A DNA stretch of 64,000 bases from Thermodesulfovibrionales bacterium (GTDB lineage: Bacteria; Nitrospirota; Thermodesulfovibrionia; Thermodesulfovibrionales; SM23-35). The stretch lies in assembly GCA_963715195.1 (NCBI GenBank), contig CAVQRT010000007.1, positions 379,657 through 443,656 on the forward strand, written 5' to 3'. Below the pieces are notes generated by a model, which was not told the DNA's origin, ran no database searches, and was given only the letters and a program-made list of their open reading frames with translations. Shown in pieces: positions 41,343 to 51,562 of this stretch (positions are counted from its first letter, which is position 1; every line of letters begins with the position of its first letter). Both the position numbers and the translations under genes were made by a program.

Positions 41343-42113
41343 TCACCAGCCCCCTGAAGCTCCACCACCGCCAAAACCACCGCCACCGCCACCGAAACCT
41401 CCACCACTACTCCATCCGCCTCTTCTGCCACCGCCAAGCGATGATGCCAACAGGAGGAATAAAAATAATCGCGGGTTTTTGATAAACAATATTATCGCTC
41501 CAAACAAGAATAAAAGAGCAAATATGGTTTGTATAGTATTGCCGCCTTTTCTTGTTCTTTTAGTGTAAATATCCGTATTGAGCTTTGGCATTCCCGTAAT
41601 CTTCACACCGCTGTCTGATGCTATCTTGTTTGCTACAGCCAGTGTAGTAGCATATATTCCCGTGGAATAGTCTCCCTTTTGAAAATATGGCACAAGAAAT
41701 TTACGTCCAATACTCCCTACAAGGCTATCTGGGAGTATTCCTTCAAGCCCATATCCTATTTCGAACCTGTACTGCTTATCTTGTAGTGAAATTACAATTA
41801 ATACTCCATTGTCTTTATCTTTTTGGCCTATTTTCCATCTGTCATGAGCAGTTGAGATCGAGAAATCCTCTAATGATTCGCCCTCGAGTGATAATATCGT
41901 GAGGATAACTACTTGCGCGGTTGTCTTTTGCTCAAGTTCCCGTAAGTATGTATTGAGGTTCAGTTCAATATTGTTATCTATGATATCGGCTAAATCAACT
42001 ACGTATTGTGTTGGCTTTGATGGAACAGGTGGAAGGACTGCATAGGCAATTGAACCAAATAGAAGGCAAAGACTAATTCCAAAAACAACTATAATTTTAA
42101 ATTTGATGTCCAT
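41343..42113 (-). CDS. TPM domain protein (YgcG-like)
   Basis: VVDLADII, KDNGVL, EIGYGLEGILPD, tail GGFGGGGASGGW. Confidence 0.92.
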   Translation of the reverse strand: MDIKFKIIVVFGISLCLLFGSIAYAVLPPVPSKPTQYVVDLADIIDNNIELNLNTYLRELEQKTTAQVVILTILSLEGESLEDFSISTAHDRWKIGQKDKDNGVLIVISLQDKQYRFEIGYGLEGILPDSLVGSIGRKFLVPYFQKGDYSTGIYATTLAVANKIASDSGVKITGMPKLNTDIYTKRTRKGGNTIQTIFALLFLFGAIILFIKNPRLFLFLLLASSLGGGRRGGWSSGGGFGGGGGGFGGGGASGGW

Positions 42114-42843
42114 CGATTTTTTTTGAAATTTCCTCTGTTGTTTTGTAATACTCCTCAAAAACAGTATCAATCTCATGTTTGCTAAGTTTCAATGCACCTT
42201 TTTTCATATCAAAGACTTTCTTCAAAATATCCATATTAATCCCCGTATTCGCTGAAAGATCTGTCAAAACTTCTCGTTTTTTTACTGGTGGTTCCTTTCC
42301 CATAAGAAAGATGATGCCTCGGAAAAGAGGAATATAACCCGTTATATAACTCATTATGTTTTCAGCAATAATCTTTTTATCTCCTTCAGAAGAGATATAA
42401 CCCTGTCTCAATCCAATAAGTTTAGTTTTTATTTCTCTCTCACATTGATGCCTAAGGTCTGATAAATCAATTTCGATATCATTCAGAATATCTTCACCAT
42501 AAACTGTTTCGTGGATCATTTTAAAATTCAGGAATTCCACCGGGAAAACATCAAGTGATCGTTGGATATAGTCAGGAGTCATGATCAGTGGTGCTGCTAT
42601 TCCCTGTTTTTTGTATCTTTTGCCAAATGGTGCAATAAGTTCAACAAACTTCAAATCCATTTGTTTTAATACAACTATGCTGTTTATATCTGAGCTCTTT
42701 TCATCAAAGTCCTCGGTTATTGCACTACCCACGATATGAATTGAGTGCAAATTGCTAGGATACTGATTAATGATTTCTTCTATAAAAGGCTTTATTTTTT
42801 GAGCAACCTTTGGCTTGAGATTATCTATTTTTATATCAGACAT
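42097..42843 (-). CDS. Nucleotidyltransferase-fold protein
   Basis: hGS..x..DIN motif (IVGSAITEDFDEKSSDINS), SLDVFPVEF. Confidence 0.75.
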   Translation of the reverse strand: MSDIKIDNLKPKVAQKIKPFIEEIINQYPSNLHSIHIVGSAITEDFDEKSSDINSIVVLKQMDLKFVELIAPFGKRYKKQGIAAPLIMTPDYIQRSLDVFPVEFLNFKMIHETVYGEDILNDIEIDLSDLRHQCEREIKTKLIGLRQGYISSEGDKKIIAENIMSYITGYIPLFRGIIFLMGKEPPVKKREVLTDLSANTGINMDILKKVFDMKKGALKLSKHEIDTVFEEYYKTTEEISKKIDGHQI

Positions 42844-42965
42844 TTTTAAACCCTCCGTCCTTTGAACTAGTAAAAGTAATTAATTATGCTCAGAAGTCGT
42901 TATTATTCTAACAGATCATAAATTTGATTATTCCAGGAAGTTGTCGAGAGGGTGACCTTTATTAC

Positions 42966-43427
42966 CTACATCTTCTCATCCCATTGCTTCTGAGCCCTGA
43001 TCAACGTGGCATCGCCTATTTTCTTTTTTATGCACTCCTCAAGGGCAAACAGAGTGTCTATCTCGCCGCCTGCGATATCCTGTAGATTACACAACAAGTT
43101 GTGCGGAAGAACATCACTCAGTCTTTGACAAACGAAATTCACACAGATCACGTGCCGCGCCCTCAGGGCACATCCCTGTTTCGTCAGAAAATGACAGAGA
43201 TGTGTATCGGCTGGCTCAGGAGGAAGGGTTCTGCCCAGCAGTAGATTGATCAAGAGAAGAACGCTGCCGCACTTATATCCGGTGCGAACTCCGCAACACG
43301 TCCCTTCGCCGTTCATCGCGCAGTCGGCGCACTCCTTCACTATTCCAGCCCTGACCATCGCGCTCTGGGTCGCTTCAATGTGCAGATCGAGCCCACTCAA
43401 GAGCGCGCAAACCTCTCTGTCTTGCAT
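42966..43427 (-). CDS. Cys-rich hypothetical protein (possible Fe-S/Zn binding)
   Basis: CADC...CC...CHFL...GCAL...CVNFVC. The frame stays open upstream, so the start is uncertain. Confidence 0.7.
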   Translation of the reverse strand: MQDREVCALLSGLDLHIEATQSAMVRAGIVKECADCAMNGEGTCCGVRTGYKCGSVLLLINLLLGRTLPPEPADTHLCHFLTKQGCALRARHVICVNFVCQRLSDVLPHNLLCNLQDIAGGEIDTLFALEECIKKKIGDATLIRAQKQWDEKM

Positions 43428-43480
43428 CAGCGACTGCCCGTACAGCTTCCGAAGGTGTAGGGCTGTGCCTATCTGATCGG

Positions 43481-43628
43481 CTATTGTCCTCTCATCGTGT
43501 GTGACGGTATTGATAGAAACTCCTCGATGCCGGTCTGCGCTCTCAACCGCTCATAAATGATTTCAGCGATGTCAAAGAGATTCACCGTATCTTTCTATTA
43601 TACCTTTTGATCAGTTCGAGTGTCTCTC
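43481..43628 (-). pseudogene. 3' fragment of a second YprB-like exonuclease
   Basis: ETLELIKRYNR/(fs)DTVNLFDIAEIIYERLRAQTGIEEFL matches the C-terminus of 35970-36737. Confidence 0.8.
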
Positions 43629-44274
43629 CGGAGGGTTGTGCGGAGTCGGATCTTTACTTTTGCTATCCATAAAGACAAACTACCCTCCGACAATAATTGT
43701 TATTACCAGAACCCAACATTCCTGAAGATATGTCCGTGGTGAGGGTTATTTCAGGTGTATTAGAAATTTCAGATGCTGTTGTGTGCATCTCAACTATGGG
43801 AAGAACTATGCTGGTTCTTTGAGGATTAATATTTTGCGGATAACAGGAAGACAGCTTGCCTCTGAAAGACCATTTGAAGGTCTTGCGCCCTTCGCCCCAT
43901 AGGAAACACCCCATTTTTCTCAAAGTCACATAGAAATCCTTAGTACTGACAATTTTGTATATTGCGTATTTTCTCTTCAAACATGTAGAACACATTTTTC
44001 CTGAAATTGTCATACATCGTGCAATACGAAAATTAGTTGATAATAAAATCATTTGGATAATCAACAGTAATGAATTGTTTTCTGTAAAATATCTTGAGTA
44101 TCATAATGATAATTTCATTCAGCAATAAAATACAGAATTGTTTCTATTATTGTCACTGTTGTCTGTATTTTTCCCGCTTCCCCTTTGCCTATGCAACTCG
44201 AAGGCAACTTTGTGATCTGGAGGAAAAAATGCAGGACAGATCTTGACTGAAAAAAATTGAAAAAAGGAGATACG

Positions 44275-45152
44275 ATGTTAAGAAGCTTAAGTAGAAGGAT
44301 AATACTATGTACACTTTTTATGTGCATTTTGGTTGGGACAAGCTTTGCTGAAAGTGTGAAAAAAAATATCACAATTGCTGTTCTACCCTGTTCTGACGTG
44401 GAAATGACCTTTAAAAAATTCCATCAATTGATCACATATTTAAGACAGCAGACTGGAATTGATTTAAAGATAATGGTTCCAAAGGACTACGCTGAATTTG
44501 AATGGGCTATTAAGAATGGTGATATAGATTTTGCTCTCCAGGATCCCCATACTTACGTGCGGTTGTCCAGATTCTATCAAAAGAGATGCTCTTCTCAGGT
44601 CTCTAACCTGGGAAGGAAAAACGTTTCCAAGCTGGCTTAATCATTGCAAAAAAAGGCAGTGGCATAAAAAATGTGAAGGATTTAAGAGGAAAGACCGTTA
44701 TGTTTGGTCCTAAGCTTTCTGCGGCTAAATGGATTGCAGCGAAAGAGTCTTTTAAAGAAACGGGTATAGACATTGATAAAGATTTAAGGGCTTATTCCAA
44801 TGGGGGGTGCTGCGAAGACATTGCCTTTAATGTCTATCTGAAAGCAGTTGATGCGGGAGTCGTATGCGATCATTTCTTTGAGGAACATTCGGAAGACAGG
44901 AATGAACTTGGTATGGACCCTAAACAGCTTATTGTTATTGGAAGAACCAAAACAGTCCCAACAAGAGTATTTACTGCCCGGAAAGAATTGAGTAATAGTA
45001 TCGTAAACAAAATAAATCAAGCACTGCTCGATCTCGACAAAAAGAATCCTGAGCATGCCAAAATTTTATACCCAGCTGAGCTTGGAGGATTTCAGAAGGC
45101 AAAGGACAAAGATTATGACAGGATAAGAAGCCTTCTAGGAGCAAACCGTTAG
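44275..45152 (+). pseudogene. PhnD-like periplasmic binding protein, two frameshifts near 44575-44630
   Basis: Three consecutive frames join into one signal-peptide binding protein (...GDIDFALQDPHTYV / DALLRSLTWEGK / GLIIAKKGSGIKNVKDLRGK...). Confidence 0.8.
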
Positions 45153-45191
45153 ATTGCAGGAAACCTTGTTGAAAAAGTTATACAAAAGAAT

Positions 45192-47660
45192 TTGCGAATG
45201 AAGCTATTTCACAAGCGGATAAATTTGAGCCTCAGGGCGAAACTGACTTTGTTGATCGAAGGTTTTGTAATAATTCTTGTATTTGTCACAGGGTTCATCA
45301 CCACGATGCGTGAAAAAGAAACTTTGGAAAACGAACTTCACAAGAGAGGGCTATCGTTAACTTCTGACCTATCTAAGTTTATGACAAGACCGATACTTAG
45401 TCATGATCTCCCGACTCTCCGTCGGTTTGTTAATCATTCGATGGAACAGGATTATGTCCTTTACGTTATTGTATTAGATCCCGAAGGTAAAGTCCTTATG
45501 CATAGTGACCTATCCCAGGTTGGCAAGACTTACAAGGATACTCTAACTTTAGCTGCCATGAATTCTACAGTGCCTGGTTTTACAGACGTTCATGCCTCAA
45601 AATCCGAAGAATTATATTGTGATATGTTTACGCCAATCCAGGTTTCGGGCGTTCGGTTGGGAACTGTCAGGTTAGGTTATTCCCACATGGCCGTTGCAAA
45701 GGAAATAGCCGATGCCCAAAAACAAATTTTATTCATTGGCCTACTGACGACGATAAGCGGAGGAGTTGCTGCCTATCTTTTGGCATTTCTTATTGCGTCG
45801 CCGATCAAGCGAATAACTGACGCAACTGAAAAAGTGTCCAATGGACATCTTGATACGCAGCTTATGATTAAAAGAAATGATGAGATAGGTACCTTGGCCA
45901 CCACATTTAATAAGATGACCGAAGATTTGCGCAGGACGACTGTCTCCAAGGATTATTTTGATAACATTATTAAGAGCATGAACGACACGCTCATCGTTAT
46001 TGATCTCGATGCAAAAATTAGAAGTGTTAATAGGGCAACATGTGATCTCTTAGAATATAAAGAAGACGAACTTATTGGAAGAAATATGAGTCTCGTTGTT
46101 CAGCGGGAAGATATCTTCGGTAGCGCAGGATTTCAATCGCTGATGGTAGAGCCTCCTATAGTGAATGAAGGGATAGATTATATAACAAAGAGTGGAAAGC
46201 GGATTCCGATGCTCTTTTCGGCAGCAGTTTTGAAAAATAAGGAAGGTACGGCAGAGGGAATTGTTTGTATCGCGAGAGATGTAACAGAACGAAAGCAGGC
46301 AGAGGAGGCACTCCGGGAATCAGAGAAAGAGCTTAATTATTTATCTTCCCAATTACTTACTGCACAGGAAAAAGAACGGAGGAGGCTTTCTATTGAACTG
46401 CATGATGAACTGGGACAATCCCTCATGGTATTGAAACTTAAACTTAGATCTATTCGGGAGGGGTTGCCGACTGATCAGGCAAGGCTGGAAGCAGAATGTG
46501 ATGACATGATCAGATACATAAATGAAGTTGCTGAAAATGTACGCCGGATTTCCCATGACCTGAGCCCGTCCATCCTGGAAGACCTTGGCCTTTCGGCTGC
46601 CATTCGACGGCTTGTTGATGCCTTTACCAAACATTCTGACATTGGATGCTCTCTTGAAATGATGGAAATAGACGATCTGTTTTCCCAGGAAGGGCAAATT
46701 ATCATATATAGGATTATTCAGGAGTGCCTGACAAACATAGCAAAGCATGCACAGGCCACCATTGTGTCCATCATTATCAAAAAACAAGATAACCGGATTG
46801 TCTTTTGTGTAGAAGATAACGGAAACGGTTTTAATGTGCAAGAAGCCTTCAGAAAGCAAACCAGTAAGAAAGGGTTGGGATTGGCTGCTATGTATCAGCG
46901 CACACGTATGCTGGGAGGGGAACTTGACATATGGAGTCAAGAGGGGTCAGGTACAAGGATTACCTTTACGGTCCCACTTGAACAACGGGGTATATCGACA
47001 GTGATTCCTTATCGAATTATACTGGCTGATGATCATGTTTTGTTTCGTCAGGGCATAAAAAATATTCTTGAAAAAGACAAACAGATCGAAGTTATTGGAG
47101 AAGCGGGAGATGGGCTCGAACTCCTTGAACTCTTAAAGAGGGTAACCCCTGATATGGTTATCCTGGATATATGCATGCCAAACCTTCGTGGGCTTGAAGC
47201 AACAAGGGAGATTAAGATGATTTTGCCGGATGTGAAGGTGCTCATCCTGAGCATGCACAAGGACAAGGAATACATGTATTCTGCCATCTCAGCGGGTGCT
47301 GAAGGGTATCTTCTTAAACAAGATGCGGACACAAATCTCTTTGCTGCCATACAAGAGATTCGAAAGGATGGTCATTATATATCACCCCTGTTATTGGGGG
47401 AATTAACAAACGAATTATTCCAGGCGCATCTGTCAGGGCAGCCGCCATCGCAGTATGCACCTCTGACAACACGCGAACGGGAAATCTTAAAGCTTATCGC
47501 CGAGGGAAATTCAAACAAAGAGATTGCCGATCTCCTGTTTATTAGCATCCGTACCGTTGAAAATCATCGTGCCAGTATAATGAGAAAATTGAACATTAAG
47601 AGTACAGCCAATTTGATCAAATATGCGATCCGCGAGGGTTACACCTCGTCCTCTTCATAA
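45192..47660 (+). CDS. HAMP/PAS HisKA_3 kinase in frame with a NarL/LuxR response regulator
   Basis: ELHDELGQSL, QECLTNIAKHA, GLGL; then ILADDH, LDI.MP, LTTREREIL...TVENHR. Confidence 0.88.
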   Translation: MRMKLFHKRINLSLRAKLTLLIEGFVIILVFVTGFITTMREKETLENELHKRGLSLTSDLSKFMTRPILSHDLPTLRRFVNHSMEQDYVLYVIVLDPEGKVLMHSDLSQVGKTYKDTLTLAAMNSTVPGFTDVHASKSEELYCDMFTPIQVSGVRLGTVRLGYSHMAVAKEIADAQKQILFIGLLTTISGGVAAYLLAFLIASPIKRITDATEKVSNGHLDTQLMIKRNDEIGTLATTFNKMTEDLRRTTVSKDYFDNIIKSMNDTLIVIDLDAKIRSVNRATCDLLEYKEDELIGRNMSLVVQREDIFGSAGFQSLMVEPPIVNEGIDYITKSGKRIPMLFSAAVLKNKEGTAEGIVCIARDVTERKQAEEALRESEKELNYLSSQLLTAQEKERRRLSIELHDELGQSLMVLKLKLRSIREGLPTDQARLEAECDDMIRYINEVAENVRRISHDLSPSILEDLGLSAAIRRLVDAFTKHSDIGCSLEMMEIDDLFSQEGQIIIYRIIQECLTNIAKHAQATIVSIIIKKQDNRIVFCVEDNGNGFNVQEAFRKQTSKKGLGLAAMYQRTRMLGGELDIWSQEGSGTRITFTVPLEQRGISTVIPYRIILADDHVLFRQGIKNILEKDKQIEVIGEAGDGLELLELLKRVTPDMVILDICMPNLRGLEATREIKMILPDVKVLILSMHKDKEYMYSAISAGAEGYLLKQDADTNLFAAIQEIRKDGHYISPLLLGELTNELFQAHLSGQPPSQYAPLTTREREILKLIAEGNSNKEIADLLFISIRTVENHRASIMRKLNIKSTANLIKYAIREGYTSSSS

Positions 47661-47697
47661 ATCCTCTCTCTTAAAAAGTTTCATATATATTCTATAA

Positions 47698-47741
47698 ATA
47701 TGAGTAGTAATACTCATATGTAAATGAGTAGTTAGGCTCAT
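47698..47741. promoter_or_regulatory. Tandem inverted-repeat operators (NarL-like heptamers)
   Basis: ATGAGTA-GTAA-TACTCAT (47700-47717) and ATGAGTA-GTTA-GGCTCAT (47724-47741). Confidence 0.7.
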
Positions 47742-47809
47742 TGTTCCTTCAATTTTCCTATGGTACTTTAAAGACAAGAGAAAGTTTCCTAAATACAAAG
47801 GAGGATATT

Positions 47810-48241
47810 ATGTCAAGAAGAATGATGTTGTTTTGTGTAGGTTTGTTTTCTTTTGTTGTTTTATCAATCTTTGCTGTTGTAGCACCAACGCCGTCCCATG
47901 GTTTCGACATTACGATTCAGGTATCACCCAGTACCCTGAATATCCAGAGCTGTGGCGAAGTGGTTACAGTACACACCAGCATCGCCTATAGTAGCGTTGT
48001 AGGGGCGAGTGTGACTTTGAATAATTTACCCATAAGCTGGTGGAAGGCAGATAACCAAGGTAATTTTGTAGCAAAATTCGTGATGAGTGAGGTAAAGGCA
48101 CTTGCGGACACTGGTGACCTTGAAGTTCCGGGAGAAAATGAAATCACTCTGGTAGGTACCACTACAGATGGAGCAACCTTCACAGGAACACAAACAATAA
48201 CGGTTATTAATGTCCAGCCTTCTGGGTCTGGAAGAAAATAG
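47810..48241 (+). CDS. Secreted beta-rich hypothetical protein
   Basis: AAGGAGG RBS, signal peptide, Thr/Val-rich Ig-like pattern. Confidence 0.8.
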   Translation: MSRRMMLFCVGLFSFVVLSIFAVVAPTPSHGFDITIQVSPSTLNIQSCGEVVTVHTSIAYSSVVGASVTLNNLPISWWKADNQGNFVAKFVMSEVKALADTGDLEVPGENEITLVGTTTDGATFTGTQTITVINVQPSGSGRK

Positions 48242-48504
48242 AGGTGTTCTCAGTTGACTGCTGATGAGAAAGAAGTATTGTCGAATTTTACATAGTTCAT
48301 TAACTAAGGCATACAGATTTTTCAGATTTTTGATCACAGGAGACTTGATGGAATAACAAAAACGTATCAACAATTATTTCATTCCGGGGAGAGAATAATT
48401 CTCGCAAGAATGGCATAAGAAATGAATTAAGGAGGATAATTTATTTGATCTGTAAACTGCGATATGTAAACCAAAACGTAAAAACCTAAAACATAGGAGA
48501 TGTT

Positions 48505-49072
48505 ATGAAATCAAAAAAAAGTTTTCCTTTGCTATTACTGATACTTTTCACATTTTGTATCGGTATCTTTTCTGTCAATGATGCCAGTGCAGCGCAACGA
48601 AATCGGAAAGGTAGTGGTATTGGATCACTTACCGATAGCGAGAAGGCAACTATGATGTATATACGGGAAGAAGAGAAAGTCGCCCGTGATGTATACATTG
48701 CGATGTACGAATTATGGGGGGCCGCGGTTTTCTCAAACATTTCTATATCCGAACAGAGACATATGGATGCTGTATTGAATCTACTTGTCAAATATGGCGT
48801 CCCTGATCCAGTTGCAGACAAAGGGATAGGGGAATTCACAGAAACGTTTTCAGCAGATTTACGATGATCTCGTGCTGCAAGGTCAGCGATCGCTTCTTGA
48901 TGCCTTCATAGTTGGGAAGGCTATTGAAGAAATGGATATTGATGATCTCGAGGCAGCCAAGGCTGAAACGTCTAATAAGGCAGACCTCGACAATGTCTAT
49001 GGCAATCTTCTGAATGGATCCTACAATCACCTAGATGCTTTTAACGCTCATATTGCAAGCTTAACACAATAA
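48505..49072 (+). pseudogene. DUF2202 ferritin-like protein, frameshift near 48850
   Basis: REEEKVARDVY, SEQRHMDA / IEEMDIDDL, NLLNGSYNHLDAF. Confidence 0.85.
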
Positions 49073-49141
49073 CTAGATTGTGATTTCATCTGTCAAGTAA
49101 CGATGGTTTAAAATTCAAAAGTGCGGAAGGTGGTGATAGAT

Positions 49142-49297
49142 ATGAAGCGATTCATTAGCCTCATGCTTTTTCTTCTGTTAACTTGCGGGATTGCAGTTGC
49201 GTCTGGAGGTCAAAATCAGGGCACTACAGGTCAGGGGACAACTTCTACCGGCACTACTTCTCAGGGGACTGGAACGCAGGATCGTACTGGAAGATAA
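49142..49297 (+). CDS. 51-aa secreted Gly/Thr/Gln-rich peptide (not in the ORF track)
   Basis: AAGGTGG RBS; MKRFISLMLFLLLTCGIAVA-SGGQNQGTTGQGTTSTGTTSQGTGTQDRTGR; followed by a terminator. Confidence 0.7.
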   Translation: MKRFISLMLFLLLTCGIAVASGGQNQGTTGQGTTSTGTTSQGTGTQDRTGR

Positions 49298-49349
49298 CTC
49301 GCGGAGAATTTATCTCAGATTAATTGTCCGACCGCAGACTGTTATCATT

Positions 49350-49379
49350 AAAGACAGAGTCATCGTGACTCTGTCTTTT
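49350..49379 (+). terminator. Intrinsic terminator
   Basis: AAAGACAGAGTCA-TCG-TGACTCTGTCTTTT. Confidence 0.8.
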
Positions 49380-49649
49380 CTTATCTAGAGTCTTTAATGC
49401 TATACGAAATGAAAGGTCTGAGAGCAAACTTAGAGCTGATACCTCCAAGATATCAGATCAACAGTTATTTTTTTCTTTGTAAAGTATCATTTTTTGTCGA
49501 ATTAAACTGTGTGCCGATTGTCCCTTCGAAGGCTGATGAATGTGAAGCTGTCAGGAGGATGAAGAAAGAGGAAAAAATGGAAAAGACAGTTACCCTCTTT
49601 GCAAAGGCATTCATTGCTCCCCCCCTACTATTGAAGACTTATCTAATGA

Positions 49650-50390
49650 TTAAAACATTCCCGCTATTTGCACAGCTAATCTATCAGTTATGCGAATGGT
49701 TGCCTCGTTGTGGTCATATTGGTTTGCTTCGCTTGGACGACTATGCGCGTTCTGTACTCTTGATGCGATGACTTGACATCCCTCTCAGTCGTCAAGTATG
49801 TTGCAGAGCCTTGCTTTGCATCCGTCTGCATGGTGCCTGTGACTCCTCCTTCCCCCACCAGCTCCTTGACCTGGACATCAACCGTTGCCTAAATAGGTAT
49901 CGACATGGACCATGGAACCTACGAGTCCACCAACTGTACGGGCCGCACTTCTCCTGCAAGGCCACCAGCGGCCGCTTCCCTTCCCAGTCACCGCCCATAG
50001 CAGCACCCGCTAATCCACCACCAAAGCCACCCGCAAGCATGCCGTCAGCGGTTAACCCTTTTTTCTCTTCCCCCATATAGAGCAGATTTGCCTGGACAAT
50101 GTATCCAGCTTGAGATGGGTCAGTAGTTACTGAATATCCCTTAGCTGCAAGTTTGCCTTTAATACCTCACCAAAATCTATTTCTTGGAAATCAGATGTAT
50201 TGGTGACTCTAACGAAGATGTTCCTGTTCTTCATGAGAGTCTCTGGATCAAGAAATATCGTATCCGACATCTTCGCCGACATGGACATCTCTCTGTGCTC
50301 AATTGCCTGCATTGTGCCTGCGCGACCGAAAGAATACATACGGAAAGTAGCAAGACGGACAATAGAACAGAAATCTGAAGAAGTCTTCAT
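49650..50390 (-). pseudogene. traT: TraT family lipoprotein, multiple frameshifts
   Basis: MSDTIFLDP, VRVTNTSD, TTDPSQAGYIVQANLL, glycine zipper, YRTRIVVQAKQTN, IAGMF* spread over several frames. Confidence 0.75.
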
Positions 50391-50801
50391 TCGCTTCCCC
50401 CTTTTTTGGAATTAGTGGAAAAGGAATTCCCTTTGACCCAATAATTTTTACTTAATTCCACATAGCAATGTCAATAGGAATTCAGTTTCTAAGGGATAAT
50501 ATTGTAGTAAGCTCTTAGAGGGTCAGCAATTAGCTATGCAATGCATTCAAAACTGTATATTTCTCCTGACTAAATACATTTTTCAAATGTCTTTAATCGG
50601 TTGTTTTTAGGAAGAACTGCAAAGTAGACCATTGTAACCTCTGTAGCCTTTGTAACCCCTTTTTCGCATAAGATATACTTTTATGACATTAAGGAAGGGC
50701 TGCTCCTGATCAGGCCTCAAGGAGAAAAATGCTGCTATCTCCGCATGGGTTTTGTGACGTTTTTATGACACTAAATGGTATAATTAACCGCAAACCCTTG
50801 T

Positions 50802-50877
50802 GCCCCCTTAGCTCAGTAGGATAGAGCACAGGTTTCCTAAACCTGGTGTCGCAGGTTGATTCCTGCAGGGGGTACCA
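50802..50877 (+). tRNA. tRNA-Arg(CCT), T-loop one base short
   Basis: Acceptor GCCCCCT/AGGGGGT plus ACCA; anticodon arm CAGGT-TTCCTAA-ACCTG; T-arm GCAGG-TTGATT-CCTGC; TGGTATAAT upstream. Confidence 0.88.
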
Positions 50878-51562
50878 TTTTACTTATTTTTCAGGTACTT
50901 TTTGTTAGTCTTCTGGTGACTGATCGTGACTGATTCTAAAGGCGGGTATTTTTCAAGCCCTTAATTTAAAAGAATAATAATAGAATCGACACCAGGTTAA
51001 CTGGTTCCAGTGTCAATATCTTCTTCGGTGTAGTGCTAATCACGGATCCTCTTAAGGCAGTCTGTCAAGAAGGATGACAAGGATTTCCGTTAGTTTGTTT
51101 TGGAACATAGCCCTCCGTGAGTTCTTATATCAGCGTGATGTTCGCATAGTAATCCTCATTGGATGATTTTTTCGATATCGTGTATTTCCCTTCCAAACAT
51201 GCATGGGTGATTGCTTTTTTGCGTGGTCAAGACTACCTTTGGAAACAATCAGAGAAAAATTCTTCCTATAATGTTGCCGGGAGGGGCTATCTTTTCCGGT
51301 CAATAGTGCACCTACAACCAGAGATGTTTCAATAAAATGCAACTACGAGATATCCCCTTGAATTAAACAGATTGATGTTACAGTTCAAGGCTACAGAGTA
51401 CAATTGCAAATTAACGCTGAAAGACAATTTTCCCATGATATACCAACTTGGTTTTTAGTCCTCATTACCACAAAATGCAAAGCATTTCAAAATTGCTCTT
51501 TTTGAGCTAAAAGAAAGAATGTCTTTCTGAAACCATATTTTGAAGTGTGATATATTACCGTC

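Noticed and set aside
41343..41435. CCA/CCG-rich simple repeat
   Set aside because: Encodes the normal Gly-rich tail of TPM proteins.
43663..44064. 133-aa ORF and a possible c-di-GMP-I motif (GGGCGCAA on the minus strand near 43885)
   Set aside because: The ORF has no recognisable features. The RNA lacks the GNRA tetraloop/receptor and P1 pattern.
49397..49771. 124-aa plus-strand ORF
   Set aside because: Overlaps the antisense of the TraT relic; no RBS or motif.
50661..50691. dif-like TTTTCGCATAA-GATATA
   Set aside because: The XerC-like half is good, but the TTATG half is 3 nt out of register.
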